From the IMG/VR virus record IMGVR_UViG_3300042691_017212, positions 6,114 to 70,113 of that record: DNA of 64,000 bases, one strand, 5' to 3'. The notes under the pieces were generated by a model, which searched no databases, was not told the origin of the DNA, and saw nothing but the letters and a program-made list of their open reading frames with translations. The stretch comes from a virus. Positions 27,731 through 39,400 of this stretch are shown here, piece after piece. The stretch's first letter is position 1, and each line of letters begins with the position of its first letter. The translations under genes were made by a program, and so were the position numbers.

Positions 27731-30700
27731 ATGGCCGACGAGCAAATTGTAACGAGTATAGTCGCCAAAGCTGACTTGTCAAGCCTTGTGTCTGAAGTAC
27801 ACAGGGCTACAGTTAGTTTACAGCAATTACAAAGAGAACTACTAGCTTCAAACAAATCTATTGCTTCGGCTACAAAGGTAGCAAATAATTTATTCAGAGA
27901 TACATTAACTGGAAGCGGATATTATTCAAGCCATTTCGTAAACCTTAATTCAGACGTAGATAAATTTGGAAAACAATTAGATGCTGGAAGGCTAAAGCTA
28001 AAAGATTATTTCCAGACATTCAGAACGCATGCCACAACACAAAGAGGAATGATAAGAGAACTTGCTAAAGAGCAAGTAATGCTTCAAAATTCCGTACTTC
28101 AGCCTTTAGGCAGAAACGCTCAAGGCTTAATGCAATACAATGTAATGATTCCACGAGGACTAGATGCTGTAAAAAATAGTGCACAGTTAGCTCGTATGGA
28201 AATGCAAATAATGAATCGTGCATTGTTGGAAGGTTCTACATCTTTAATCAATTGGGGTAAAAATACTCAATGGGCAGGTCGACAGTTAACAGTAGGATTA
28301 ACAGTCCCACTTGCAATGTTCGGAGCACAGGCTGCAAAAGCATTTAGAGAAGCAGATCAGGAATTAACAAGATTAGTTAAAGTTTACGGAGATATATCTG
28401 GAACTGCTTCAGCAGATTTACAAAAAATTAGAGAAGAAGTAACCTCTACTGCAAAAGAACTATCAAGCGCTATGGGAGTTTCTTTTAAAGAAACCATTGG
28501 TTTGGCTGCTGATATTGCAGCAACTGGACAGCAAGGAGACCAACTTCTTGGATCACTGAAAGAAACAACAAGGCTTGCTGTTCTTGGTGAAGTAGATAGG
28601 GCGGAAGCCATGAAGGCTACATTAGCAATACAAACTGCCTTTAAATCTAATACACAAGAATTAACCGAATCAATTAACTTTTTGAACGCAGTAGAAAACC
28701 AAACTTCAACAACTCTAAATGATTTAGTTGAGGCCATTCCAAAAGCTGGAACAGTTGTTAAGCAATTAGGTGGAGACGTTGAAGACCTAGCTTTGTATTT
28801 AACAGCTATGAGAGAGGGCGGAGTAAACGCTTCAGAAGCTGCAAACGCATTAAAGTCTGGACTTGCATCTATGATTAATCCAACTAAACAAACTGTTGGA
28901 CTGATGGCAGATTTTGGAATAGACATACTCGGAATGGTAGAAAGAAATGCTGGAAGTACAACTGGCATGATATTAGATTTACAAAAAGCATTAGATAACT
29001 TAGATCCATTAAGTAAAGCTAGAGCATTAGAACAAATGTTTGGTAAATTCCAGTTTGCACGTATGAGTGCATTATTTAATAACTTAGGTAAAGAAGGAAG
29101 TCAGACTCTGCAAGTTATGCAGTTAATGAATGCTAGTGCAGAAGATTTAGCTAATGTAGCTAGTCGAGAGTTAAGCCTTGTAACCGAATCTGCTTCTGGT
29201 AAATATAAGAGAGCAGTTGAAAGCTTAAAGGCCAGCATGGCGGACATAGGAGAAGAATTTTTAGGTGTAGCAACTAAATTTATAAATGCATTTACAAAAG
29301 TGCTAGACTTCTTTAATAATTTACCAGAACCAATTAAAAAAGCTGTAACTTATTTAGGTGGATTTACAGCAATAATTGGTCCAGTAATTATGTTAACTGG
29401 TGTTTTGGCAAACTTCTTTGGCTATATAACAAAAGGCGTTGTACAGCTAAGAGCGTTCTTCCAGAGAGCTGCTGGATGGAAGATGTTGACCCCAGAAATA
29501 ATTGCTGCAGAAAAAGCAGCTCAAATGGTGGAACAGGCATTCTATTCAGACGCAGCTGCAGCAGAAGTACTTCATGGAGCATTAACAAAATTAGTTGCAG
29601 ACTATATGAATTTACAAAATGCAATGCTAAAGGGCTCTATACCAACTAATCCAGTTTTGAGTACAGTAGGTGGAACAATGCTTCCTATTAGAAGAGAAGT
29701 AGATCCAGCCAATGTTTATGCTGGCGACATGGACACAAGAGCAATGTCACATATAAATGTAAGAGATCCAAAAAATCCTGCTTCATTAATGGGAGTTGTT
29801 CCAGGAGCATTGCCAGTTAACAGAGGCATTGGAAGAACTCCTCAAATGTACATGAGCGAAAGGCTTCCAAATATAGAAGGATTAACATCAGTAAAAGGAA
29901 TTTCTACTGGAATAGTTGCTGGAGAAGCTGCAAGATTCCATGCTTTGATGGCCACTTTAGGAATGCAAACAGAAGCCGAAGTGGCTGCCTTAAAACAAAC
30001 TATTGCAATGGGAGGAACGGTAAGTAAAGAATTATTAGATACATTCGATGATATTCTTCCAATAACTGCAAAAATAGCAGACGGTGCTGCAACTCAATCT
30101 GCTGCAATTGTAGCACAATTACGTGCAGGCAAAATAACCGTAGACCAAGCCAAAGCAGAAATTGTTGCATTAAATGCTCAAATAGATGCAATGCTGAGAT
30201 CAGAAATATCTGCATACGCAACATCCAGAGGCAGAGCAATTGATTTTACTAAAGCTCCATTAATGAATCAGCCAGTAGTTGATGCAAATGGTCAATTCAC
30301 ATTAAGAGATTTATATAAAAAGGAAGCTAATAAAGCAGTCATGGAGGAGTTTGGAAGACTTCGTGGCGTTAGAACATTTGGTGCTCCATATAGCATGCAT
30401 GTTACAAGATTACCTAAGTTTAATGAAGGCGGTGCCCCAGAAAGTTTTGGTGCAAATAAAACTGTAGTTAGTGGTCCAACATCAGTAACATACGATGACA
30501 GACTAGGAAATGTCCCATTAGGCGGTTTTGTTTTAAATCAAAGCGCATCAATGAATCCAGCAAATGCTGATTTAGTTGCTGCTGCTCCATCAACATACAT
30601 GAATAATGGAGGCAATATAACTGCAGCGTTAACTCCAGGAGAGGTAGTATTTGGTCCAGGAATACAAAATGATCCAGAGTTGTATGCTCGTGTAGAAGCT

Positions 30701-33700
30701 GCTAATAGAGGAATTCCTGGTGGAAATGTTGGCGGAAGGATTAGGTTTAATAAAATTGGTTATGGATTACCAATGCCAGCATCGGTTAGACCATCTGCTA
30801 GACTAGCTGGAGCAAGAGTTCAAACTTCAGATAGAGCTACAATATATGAAGCATTAGTTGGAAGAAGTGGAATAGATCAATCTGTTTTAGCTTCATTAAG
30901 AAACTGGGGCACAACAAGACAATTTGGGATGCAGCCAGGAGCCTTTGCCCCAAGAGCTCATGGACCTTATGACGTAGCTGGTGGATTAGATATTCCTCAT
31001 GTTGGATATATGGGACAAGCTCAAGTTTCTAGACATAATGAATTGCAAAATATATTAAGTAAATCTTTAGGAGTTAGAAATATAAATCCAATAACTCCAT
31101 TTTCTTCACAAGAAATGTTTGCAGAAATAATGACAAAGGGCGGCGGAGCAGGATTTAGAAGATATGCATATATAGATGATGTAATGGATATCGGCAAAGC
31201 AAAAAGATACCTAGAGCATTTTGAAGATGTATTTTATGGTAAAGCTAGATGGAAGTCAGCTGAATTTGGATTAAAGCCTTCTATGTTGTTAAAAGAATAT
31301 GGAAAGAAGCCAGATGAATTATCTACATATTTAAATTATTTATTAGACGAAAAGGCAGTCACAACAACTAATAAAGTTGGAATCATATTTAACGATGCTC
31401 AAGCTATATTAGCAAAATTAAAAGTATCTCCAGATGAAGCAATATCTATGGCTGAAAGAGCGTATGCAAAAACAATGTCTCAGCAGCCACTAACTGATGA
31501 TGAGTATTATGCCTTAAGACTTCTAGACTTTGAAGAAGGTGGACAGTTTGCTTCATTTAGAAACTCATTTAATCGTGGAGGTAAAATTCCAGGATACATG
31601 GCTGGAGGCAATTTGGGATATTTATATTCAAGAGCATTGTCACAAGGTCAATTAAAAGATGTAGCTTTACCAAGAACGTATTTGATGAAAGCATTAGGAG
31701 CCACATCACACTTTGATCCAGCAACAAGAAGATCAATGGTTTCTAGTTTGCCAATGAGGCCTAACTTATCAATGTTTGATAGTTTGCCAATATCAAGACA
31801 AGCTAAATTAGCCTTATATGATTCCTTAGTTGAATCAGTTCAGTATAATAGAATGAACACTCTTGACAAAAATATTAAACGAGGTTTCGGAGTAAACGAC
31901 ACCAGAAATATTTGGCATAGCGCATTGTCTGGAGCACTGCTTCCAAGCAGGGCTAATAAATTAGGTGCAGCTGATATTACAGTTCTTAAGGGCCTAGAAG
32001 ATAGAATATCAAGACTTCAGATTGATATGCCTCCATCTGTTGCCAATAAGTTATTTGGAGGCAAGCTAAAGCTTAATCGTGGTGGAAGAATCCCAGGATA
32101 TAGAATGGGAGGAGGGATTGTATCTAGACTAAGAGGCGCATATGGCACAACAGATGAGTTAAAGCGTAAGATAGCTCAGTTAAGATCTCAAGGTGCTCTT
32201 TCTGTAGAAGACGAAGAAAGAATGAAGAGGGCATTAAGGTCTGGGCAAGCTCAGAGAATATCTGCTGTTGCTTCTGAGGTTGAAAGAGCATCACAGGCAT
32301 TAATTAAACAAGAAAAGGCATTTAGAAGCTATTCGGTTCCAATGCAGCAGCCAGACGTAGATGAGCTCGGACATAAAACTCAACCAATGCTACTTGGAAG
32401 AAAGCCAGTTGAGGTTCCAGAAGGAAAACAATACAGAAGATTCTTTGGGTATACTTTTGCAGATTTCCAGGCGAAGTATGGAAGAAGGGCAGTATCTCCT
32501 ATAACACCAATGTCTGTAGATACAGTTGGGTATACAGGTATATCTGAAAGAGGCGGAGCAGTACCAGGAAATGCATATGCAGCCAGAATAAATAATCCTG
32601 AAATAGCTTCAATATTAAGATTAACAAGCATGCCATTGAATAACGCCTTGGATAAATTAAGAGATGCATTGGAAAAGCCATTAACTGCAATTAGAAATGC
32701 GATAGTATTTCAAAATAAACAATTGCAAAAGCCTGCAGTATTATCTGGTTTAAGTTCAAGCAGAGAGCTAGTACATGTTCCTGGTTTAGGTAAAACATAT
32801 GGAAGAGATCTTGCAACAATTCCAGAATTTAGAAATAGATTTAATGCCGATGCTGCTGCTTTAGCTGCAAAAAATATGATGGGCCCAGATGGACGTCCTA
32901 TGCCAATGTATGGTAATTTAACTGGGACTGCAGCATATAGATCACTTTCTCTTATGTCTAACTATGATGAAAATGGAAGATATATAGGAGGTCCTGGAGG
33001 GTTCCAGCAATCAAGACTAGCCAGACTTTTGGGGCAACAAGGAATTGGTAGAGATGCAATGCGTCAAGCAGGAAGATACGCATCTGCCTGGAAGCCAGCT
33101 GGAGAAGGTGTTTATACAAGAAAAGGTGAAGGATTCCTAGGGCTTAGAAGAAGAGAGTTCCTTGTAACAAATCCACAAACTGGACAACAGGAAATAATAA
33201 ATAGAAGCGAAGCAACTAGAAGAGGTATATACCAAGGACCACAAATGGGAATGGGAAGCCAAATGGGTATGATGATGGCTTCTTCTGCTGGCGGAATGTA
33301 TTTGATGGGACAGGATCCAGAAAAAAGATTCTTAGGAATGAATCCTCAAATGGCTGGTATGGCTTTAATGACTGCTGGATCTACTCTTCCGTTCATGATG
33401 GGTCCAGCCGTAAAGGGCATGATGAATATGAAGGCCGCTATGAGTGGAGTAAAAGCTTCCGCTGGCTCTTTGTTTAACGTTATAAGTGCTGCAAAATTCT
33501 TATCAGTAGCTACTGGAGTTGGTGCCGTTACTACAGCATTACTAGTTTTACAGAAAGTTAATAACAATTGGAATCAAGATGCGGCTAACAGATTTGGCCT
33601 TACAAAGAAAGCCGCCGAAGAGCTTGGGGTAGAATATTTTAATATTGCTGAAAGAATGAAGTCTATGAAAGCTGCACAAGATGCTCAACGTGCAGCTGCA

Positions 33701-35851
33701 CTTTCTGGAGCACAAGTCGGAGTTCCTGGATTAATGATGGATCCACAAAAAATGCAACAGTTAAAAGAATCTGCTGGAAAACAATTTAAAGAATCAATTG
33801 AGTCTATTAATCGAGCAGACTCAAGTAATATTGTTGAATTAGTTACAAATCTAAAATCTCAAATGATAGGCTTAGGAGTTAGTGCAGAAGAAGCAAACAA
33901 GAACATACTTGGCATGATGATGGCTTCTAATAATGCTAATCTAACCTTCAAGGTATTTGCAAATTCTGGATTCTCTGCAATTGTGGATAGGGCAACTGCT
34001 GCTAAATCAATATTTGCAAATCTAAGAGATGAAATAGATAATCCAGGAGATCAGTTTGGAACTAAAATGATTGAAGGATTCAGCTCATTGTTAAATATAA
34101 CCGATCAGGCAATTAATAATTTAGTCGGAACTAAAAATGCAACTTACGGAGTTATTGATGAAGCAGAAGCATTAAAGATTGTTTTAGATGATTTTAGAAA
34201 AAATTCTGGTTTTGATAAAGTTATAGGCACAGAGGCATTTAATGAATTGCCAAAAGAACTTCAAGCAGTTTTAAATGCCACTGATACCATAGGAAGCTCT
34301 ATTGCAAAATGGAGAATATATTTAACTAATACGACTATGGACATAAAGAACATGTCCGCTGAAACAGCATTGATGCTTGACAACTGGAACGCATCATTTG
34401 AGTCTGCAACAACTGCCTTGCAAAATGGCGTAAAGGGAGACTCTAGCACTTTCGGATCAATTGGCAAAGCGTTAAAAGCAATAGATGATATACAGAATAA
34501 GGTTTCTAAGAATGCACAAAGAGCTTATGCTACTTCTCAAAAAAATGCACAGGAAGAGCTAAAGTTAATACAAAAGAAAATTTCTTTAATAGAAGAAGAA
34601 AAAAACAAAAAGCTAGAAGCTCTTAGGGCTACACAAGATAGAGAAAACTATCAACTAGAATTACAAAAGCTACAAATTGAATACCAGGATGCAATTGCTC
34701 GTGGAGATATGTCCGCTGCAGCAAGGGCACAAATTGAAATTCAACAACTTTCAAAGCAAAGACAGTTTGAATTAGCTCAGCAAGCATTAGAGGATGCTGC
34801 TGAAAAGAAAAAGAAGCCATTGTTGGCTCAAGCAGAACGTGTGCAGAAGAAATCTGATAAAGCGGGAGCTGCATATCAGTCAGCTGGCTACGCTGCAGAA
34901 GATGCTGGGTCAGCAAAAGAAAAATTAGTGGACTTTGAAAATAGGTATGGCGATCTTTTAAATAGAATGAATTTTGAGCCAACAGTAGCAAAACCATTAC
35001 TCGATTCTTTAATATCAGAAATACAAAAAGCTGGAACTGCAAAGGGTGCCGATGCTAAGTATATTAGACAATCTTTTGGAGATTTGTTTACTGCCGATGG
35101 TAAAGCTAAAAACTTCTTTAATCCTAAAGTAGACACTAAGGGAATGCCTACAGGAACAGCTTCTCACTTGCAAGACTTTGCAAGATACGGAGCTAGGTCT
35201 GGACTTGATGCAATGTATGCTAGAGATTTACAGGCTGCAAATGCACAAGCCGATAAAATTGTTAAGGGTCTAGGAGGTAACGCCACCTTAGCTAATGTGG
35301 TCGCCGCCATAAGGGGAGACAAGGCTACTTCTGGACAGTCAAAAGCAACTAATATTACAGTAACTTCAGTTGGGTACGGAACTAATTCTGCTTCTTATAC
35401 AACAGAAAATTTGACTAAAAGAAAGATTAAAGAAGGAGACTATGTAACAGGGAAAAATGGAGTTGAGTATAAGGTAGGCAAAACTGTTGATGGAAGGACT
35501 TACCTTGTGCCCCGTTACAATAGTGGAGGGCCAGTTTCAAGAGCGCAGGGTGGGAGATTTGTCCCAGGCAAAATGTATAGCCTAAATGATGGCGGTAAAA
35601 TAGAAGGTATAAAATTTGATGCTCCTGGCACAATATATCCAAACGCAATGACTATGCCTAAATATAATGTAGGTGGACCAATAACTTCAATGAAAAGAAA
35701 TTATGGAAATCCGCCACCAAGCAACACCGCCTTGTATAATATTAAGGTAGAATTAAATGGCTCTGACTTAAATCCACAAGATGTTGCTAGAGCAATAAGA
35801 AGAGAAATGGAAGTTAGAGAAATGATGTCTGGACCAGGAAGGAAATACTAA
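27731..35851 (+). CDS. Tape measure protein (2706 aa)
   Basis: TP901-like core (LTVGLTVPL..AAKAF..ELTRLVKV..ASEAANALKSGL); length and position. Confidence 0.92.
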   Translation: MADEQIVTSIVAKADLSSLVSEVHRATVSLQQLQRELLASNKSIASATKVANNLFRDTLTGSGYYSSHFVNLNSDVDKFGKQLDAGRLKLKDYFQTFRTHATTQRGMIRELAKEQVMLQNSVLQPLGRNAQGLMQYNVMIPRGLDAVKNSAQLARMEMQIMNRALLEGSTSLINWGKNTQWAGRQLTVGLTVPLAMFGAQAAKAFREADQELTRLVKVYGDISGTASADLQKIREEVTSTAKELSSAMGVSFKETIGLAADIAATGQQGDQLLGSLKETTRLAVLGEVDRAEAMKATLAIQTAFKSNTQELTESINFLNAVENQTSTTLNDLVEAIPKAGTVVKQLGGDVEDLALYLTAMREGGVNASEAANALKSGLASMINPTKQTVGLMADFGIDILGMVERNAGSTTGMILDLQKALDNLDPLSKARALEQMFGKFQFARMSALFNNLGKEGSQTLQVMQLMNASAEDLANVASRELSLVTESASGKYKRAVESLKASMADIGEEFLGVATKFINAFTKVLDFFNNLPEPIKKAVTYLGGFTAIIGPVIMLTGVLANFFGYITKGVVQLRAFFQRAAGWKMLTPEIIAAEKAAQMVEQAFYSDAAAAEVLHGALTKLVADYMNLQNAMLKGSIPTNPVLSTVGGTMLPIRREVDPANVYAGDMDTRAMSHINVRDPKNPASLMGVVPGALPVNRGIGRTPQMYMSERLPNIEGLTSVKGISTGIVAGEAARFHALMATLGMQTEAEVAALKQTIAMGGTVSKELLDTFDDILPITAKIADGAATQSAAIVAQLRAGKITVDQAKAEIVALNAQIDAMLRSEISAYATSRGRAIDFTKAPLMNQPVVDANGQFTLRDLYKKEANKAVMEEFGRLRGVRTFGAPYSMHVTRLPKFNEGGAPESFGANKTVVSGPTSVTYDDRLGNVPLGGFVLNQSASMNPANADLVAAAPSTYMNNGGNITAALTPGEVVFGPGIQNDPELYARVEAANRGIPGGNVGGRIRFNKIGYGLPMPASVRPSARLAGARVQTSDRATIYEALVGRSGIDQSVLASLRNWGTTRQFGMQPGAFAPRAHGPYDVAGGLDIPHVGYMGQAQVSRHNELQNILSKSLGVRNINPITPFSSQEMFAEIMTKGGGAGFRRYAYIDDVMDIGKAKRYLEHFEDVFYGKARWKSAEFGLKPSMLLKEYGKKPDELSTYLNYLLDEKAVTTTNKVGIIFNDAQAILAKLKVSPDEAISMAERAYAKTMSQQPLTDDEYYALRLLDFEEGGQFASFRNSFNRGGKIPGYMAGGNLGYLYSRALSQGQLKDVALPRTYLMKALGATSHFDPATRRSMVSSLPMRPNLSMFDSLPISRQAKLALYDSLVESVQYNRMNTLDKNIKRGFGVNDTRNIWHSALSGALLPSRANKLGAADITVLKGLEDRISRLQIDMPPSVANKLFGGKLKLNRGGRIPGYRMGGGIVSRLRGAYGTTDELKRKIAQLRSQGALSVEDEERMKRALRSGQAQRISAVASEVERASQALIKQEKAFRSYSVPMQQPDVDELGHKTQPMLLGRKPVEVPEGKQYRRFFGYTFADFQAKYGRRAVSPITPMSVDTVGYTGISERGGAVPGNAYAARINNPEIASILRLTSMPLNNALDKLRDALEKPLTAIRNAIVFQNKQLQKPAVLSGLSSSRELVHVPGLGKTYGRDLATIPEFRNRFNADAAALAAKNMMGPDGRPMPMYGNLTGTAAYRSLSLMSNYDENGRYIGGPGGFQQSRLARLLGQQGIGRDAMRQAGRYASAWKPAGEGVYTRKGEGFLGLRRREFLVTNPQTGQQEIINRSEATRRGIYQGPQMGMGSQMGMMMASSAGGMYLMGQDPEKRFLGMNPQMAGMALMTAGSTLPFMMGPAVKGMMNMKAAMSGVKASAGSLFNVISAAKFLSVATGVGAVTTALLVLQKVNNNWNQDAANRFGLTKKAAEELGVEYFNIAERMKSMKAAQDAQRAAALSGAQVGVPGLMMDPQKMQQLKESAGKQFKESIESINRADSSNIVELVTNLKSQMIGLGVSAEEANKNILGMMMASNNANLTFKVFANSGFSAIVDRATAAKSIFANLRDEIDNPGDQFGTKMIEGFSSLLNITDQAINNLVGTKNATYGVIDEAEALKIVLDDFRKNSGFDKVIGTEAFNELPKELQAVLNATDTIGSSIAKWRIYLTNTTMDIKNMSAETALMLDNWNASFESATTALQNGVKGDSSTFGSIGKALKAIDDIQNKVSKNAQRAYATSQKNAQEELKLIQKKISLIEEEKNKKLEALRATQDRENYQLELQKLQIEYQDAIARGDMSAAARAQIEIQQLSKQRQFELAQQALEDAAEKKKKPLLAQAERVQKKSDKAGAAYQSAGYAAEDAGSAKEKLVDFENRYGDLLNRMNFEPTVAKPLLDSLISEIQKAGTAKGADAKYIRQSFGDLFTADGKAKNFFNPKVDTKGMPTGTASHLQDFARYGARSGLDAMYARDLQAANAQADKIVKGLGGNATLANVVAAIRGDKATSGQSKATNITVTSVGYGTNSASYTTENLTKRKIKEGDYVTGKNGVEYKVGKTVDGRTYLVPRYNSGGPVSRAQGGRFVPGKMYSLNDGGKIEGIKFDAPGTIYPNAMTMPKYNVGGPITSMKRNYGNPPPSNTALYNIKVELNGSDLNPQDVARAIRREMEVREMMSGPGRKY

Positions 35852-36444
35852 TGTCTTTTCAAACTTTGCCTAAAGGATCTATATTGTACATCAAAGCAAA
35901 AGATCTTTTGTTTATGGATATAGGGGGCAATGGATTTACTTACCCAAATGCAACATCTCCAAGTTCAGCTAGTGGACAGGCATATCCTTCTTCAGTAGCT
36001 GCAAAAAATAAACTTACAGAGTCATCAAAAAATAATTTAGTGTTTAGAAGAGTATCTGAACATAATAGATCAGAGTTTAATGAAAGAACTTTAAGAATTG
36101 AACAGAATCAAAGAATGGCTAATGGCTTGCTTAGAAAATATTATATTGCAGATAAAAAACAATGGGATATTTCTTGGACTATGCTACCTTCTTACCGAAA
36201 TGAAACTGTAGATGGAGGTTGGGCGGCTGAAGACATTAAAACATTTTATGAAAGCGAAGATGGTAAAAAAGCTTTTCAGATAAAAATAAATACTTCTCAC
36301 AATCCTTCAAACATAGAAGACTCTAGTTATTGGGAATCTACGGCCAATACTTACGACGTTGTTTTTACTTCTTGTGATTTTACAGTTGTTAAGAGGGGCC
36401 TGCAACCTTACTGGAATGTTAAGTTAAGTATGGAGCAGATATGA
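35851..36444 (+). CDS. Distal tail protein-like
   Basis: Directly after the tape measure gene; RMANGLLRKYYIADK..W motif. Confidence 0.6.
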   Translation: MSFQTLPKGSILYIKAKDLLFMDIGGNGFTYPNATSPSSASGQAYPSSVAAKNKLTESSKNNLVFRRVSEHNRSEFNERTLRIEQNQRMANGLLRKYYIADKKQWDISWTMLPSYRNETVDGGWAAEDIKTFYESEDGKKAFQIKINTSHNPSNIEDSSYWESTANTYDVVFTSCDFTVVKRGLQPYWNVKLSMEQI

Positions 36445-39400
36445 TATCAGCTTCAGAGTCCTTAAAAAATTTATTAAAGACTAGTAATTATATATCTACT
36501 TCTGCTGGGGCATTAATAGAATATAACTTAAATACTATGGTTGAATATATAAAGGCTGAGTCATTTGGGGCTGATCATGTTCTTTCAAATGCATTTAAAA
36601 AACTATTTCCAATTGATACAATATATAAACCATTTAGACCATTAGAACCAGGAATAAAATATTTAGTTAATACTTCTGGAAATACTGATACTCCAACAGA
36701 TTCTTATCAGTCTGTAAGAACAGTTGGAATGTCAAATAAGCCAAGACTTTACTATCCTGGACCAGATACATATTATAAATATTGGATGGGTCCTAAAAAT
36801 TCAAACATCAATATTTCTCTATCGTACTTTGCCAATGAAGAAAAGACTACGCCAAAAATAATAGTTACCAATAAAGTTGTAGCAAGATTTGAAACTAGTC
36901 ACGATACACCTACCTCATGGACAATTAAAGCAACAAAAGAAGATGGCTCAGAAGTAACGTTAGGCACAGGCACGGCATTAAATTCAAAAGGAGAGGCTGT
37001 AGTTTATTATAATGGAACATCTTGGGTCACAACAGAGCCTTTACTTTATACAAATACGCAGTCTTTTAAAAAAGTTTCTCTTCAAGCAGTAAACTCGAAT
37101 ACTGGAAAATTTTTAGCAGTACTAGAGCTAAGTCCAAAATGGGTTTTAGATGTAACCCAAGATGTGGTTTCATTTGAAGTAAATAAAGAAACCGATCAAG
37201 AAGGATTTTTACCAGTAGGAACTATAACTGCAAACATGCTGTCAATATCTTTAAATAAGTTTAAGCAAAATGAAAAAAATATTGTTGAGTATAATAGATC
37301 TGGGTCCATAGATAATACCAAGTTGTATCTTTTTAAAAATGCTGTAATAAGACCGTATATTAATATTAAAAACGGTCAAGATGATAATAAAATTTATCAG
37401 GGCCATTTCTATATGCATTCTTGGCAAATTTCTGAATTTGGTCAGGCAGAAATAGCAGCATTAGATTCAGCTAAAATATTACAAGAAACATTGTGCCCAG
37501 AGGTTTTAGTTGAAAATGGATCAATAAGTTTAATTATAAAAAGAATATTAGACTCTGTAGGATTTTCTAATTATAGAATATATGTTAAAACTGACTCAAA
37601 CAACAATGTTATTGATGACTCACTCCCTACTTTGACTTATTGGTGGACAAGTTCAGAAGAAACAGTTTGGGAAGCTTTACAGAATGTATGTAGAGACTTT
37701 CAAATAAACGCATTTGTAGATGAATATAATGTGCTTAATTTTTATAGTAGAGACTATATATATGACTCAGCACGAGACAGTGTTTGGAAATTTACCAGCG
37801 AGCCATTAGTAGAAGGAAGTATTACCATACTTCCAAATATAATATCTTATAGTTCAGAAGAGCAAGCGTCTGCAAATGAAGTTAGAATTAGATATGCTGT
37901 TCCATCGGTATATCAAGGTCAAGATAGCGGTCAGCCATTATGGGAATCAGATACATATATCCTAGGCGCAGGAGCTCTATCTCAAGATTTAGGACTTAAC
38001 GACGAGTATTTTAATTTAGAAACAACTACATTTGATACTGCACAAACTAATCAGCTACTTGGTGGATATAGTGGATATATTCTTCTTAATAATGAAATAG
38101 TAGAATACGATGGAATAGAGTATCAATATGTTCCACTAGATTCTACTACAGATAATCCAGTGCCAGTTATTATAAAGTCTGCTAGTGATATTGCCAAGTA
38201 TGTTAATCTTTCTAAAAAGAATACTTTAACTAAGCAATATTTTACGGCAACTGGGAGATATAAAATTAAAACAAGAGGCGCTTTGTCTACAGAAGACGCA
38301 AAAAGAATTCATCAAAAATCTCCTTCTTCTTATATAAATTCAACTCCAGGTTCAGATCCAGATAAATTTAATATGTATAAAATTGATATAACAACAGCCC
38401 AAGATAAAGGGTATAAGCCTGGACAAGGATCATTTAAGGCACCAGTCAATCCAATGACAAAAACCGTTTCTAAGGCTTTCCTTTCTTTATCAAATTTAGA
38501 TCAGGATAAAAGGACATTTGATGTAGCAACAAAACAATTCAGCTCTGTTGACAATACCAAAAACTACTTTGCTTTCGGCACTAGAATGTTTTTTGATAGC
38601 CAATTTGAAAGTCCAGAGCAGGCTGGAGGACTTGCAATATTTACAGACCCAGAAGGGAAATACGGATATTATTTAATACTAAGAAGTACAGCCTTTGCGG
38701 GATTAAAAAAAGATTTAATGTTAGTTAAGCAGTGGAAGGTTGGAAATAAGACTGGCATTAAAGTTTTAAAAGATTCTCAAGATAACAGCTTCAGCACTTT
38801 GGCTGGAATTTATGCTGGCTCTGCTTATAATATAGATGTTATAGTAAAAAAAGAAGTAGGTAAAAATACAATAACAGTATTTGTAAATGGTTTTAAAATG
38901 ATAGCCCAAGACGTTATGTTTGAGTCTGGAGAGTCTGAAGTGAATCCAGTTATTCCAACTAAAAATATAGGAGTTCATTGCGGACAAGGAGTAGTATATT
39001 TTGAATATATATACGCAAAAGACATAAGTAAAGAAGAGTATGATAATCTGTCAGTTAAATCTGGTATGGATTATGTTGGAGTTTATTCTGATGACTCGCT
39101 GTCTTTATTAAATGGAGACCTAATATATTCTGCTGGAGAAACTGTAGATTCTAGAAAAGGATCTTTGATTGAATTTGGAAGCACTGCAAGAGAGATTAGA
39201 AAAATTAAAACAGTTTATTCTGATAGGCCAGCAATTCCAAATTATGTAAGAACTGGAAATAATAGATATGCAAATGTTCTTGCACAGAGAATTCAACCAT
39301 TTTCTTTCGAGACTTACGTTTTAAATAATACGTCTACGAGTATACCTCTTCATGATGGTGAATTTGCTAGCTTTTATGTTAGTGGATCTAGAATATCAAA

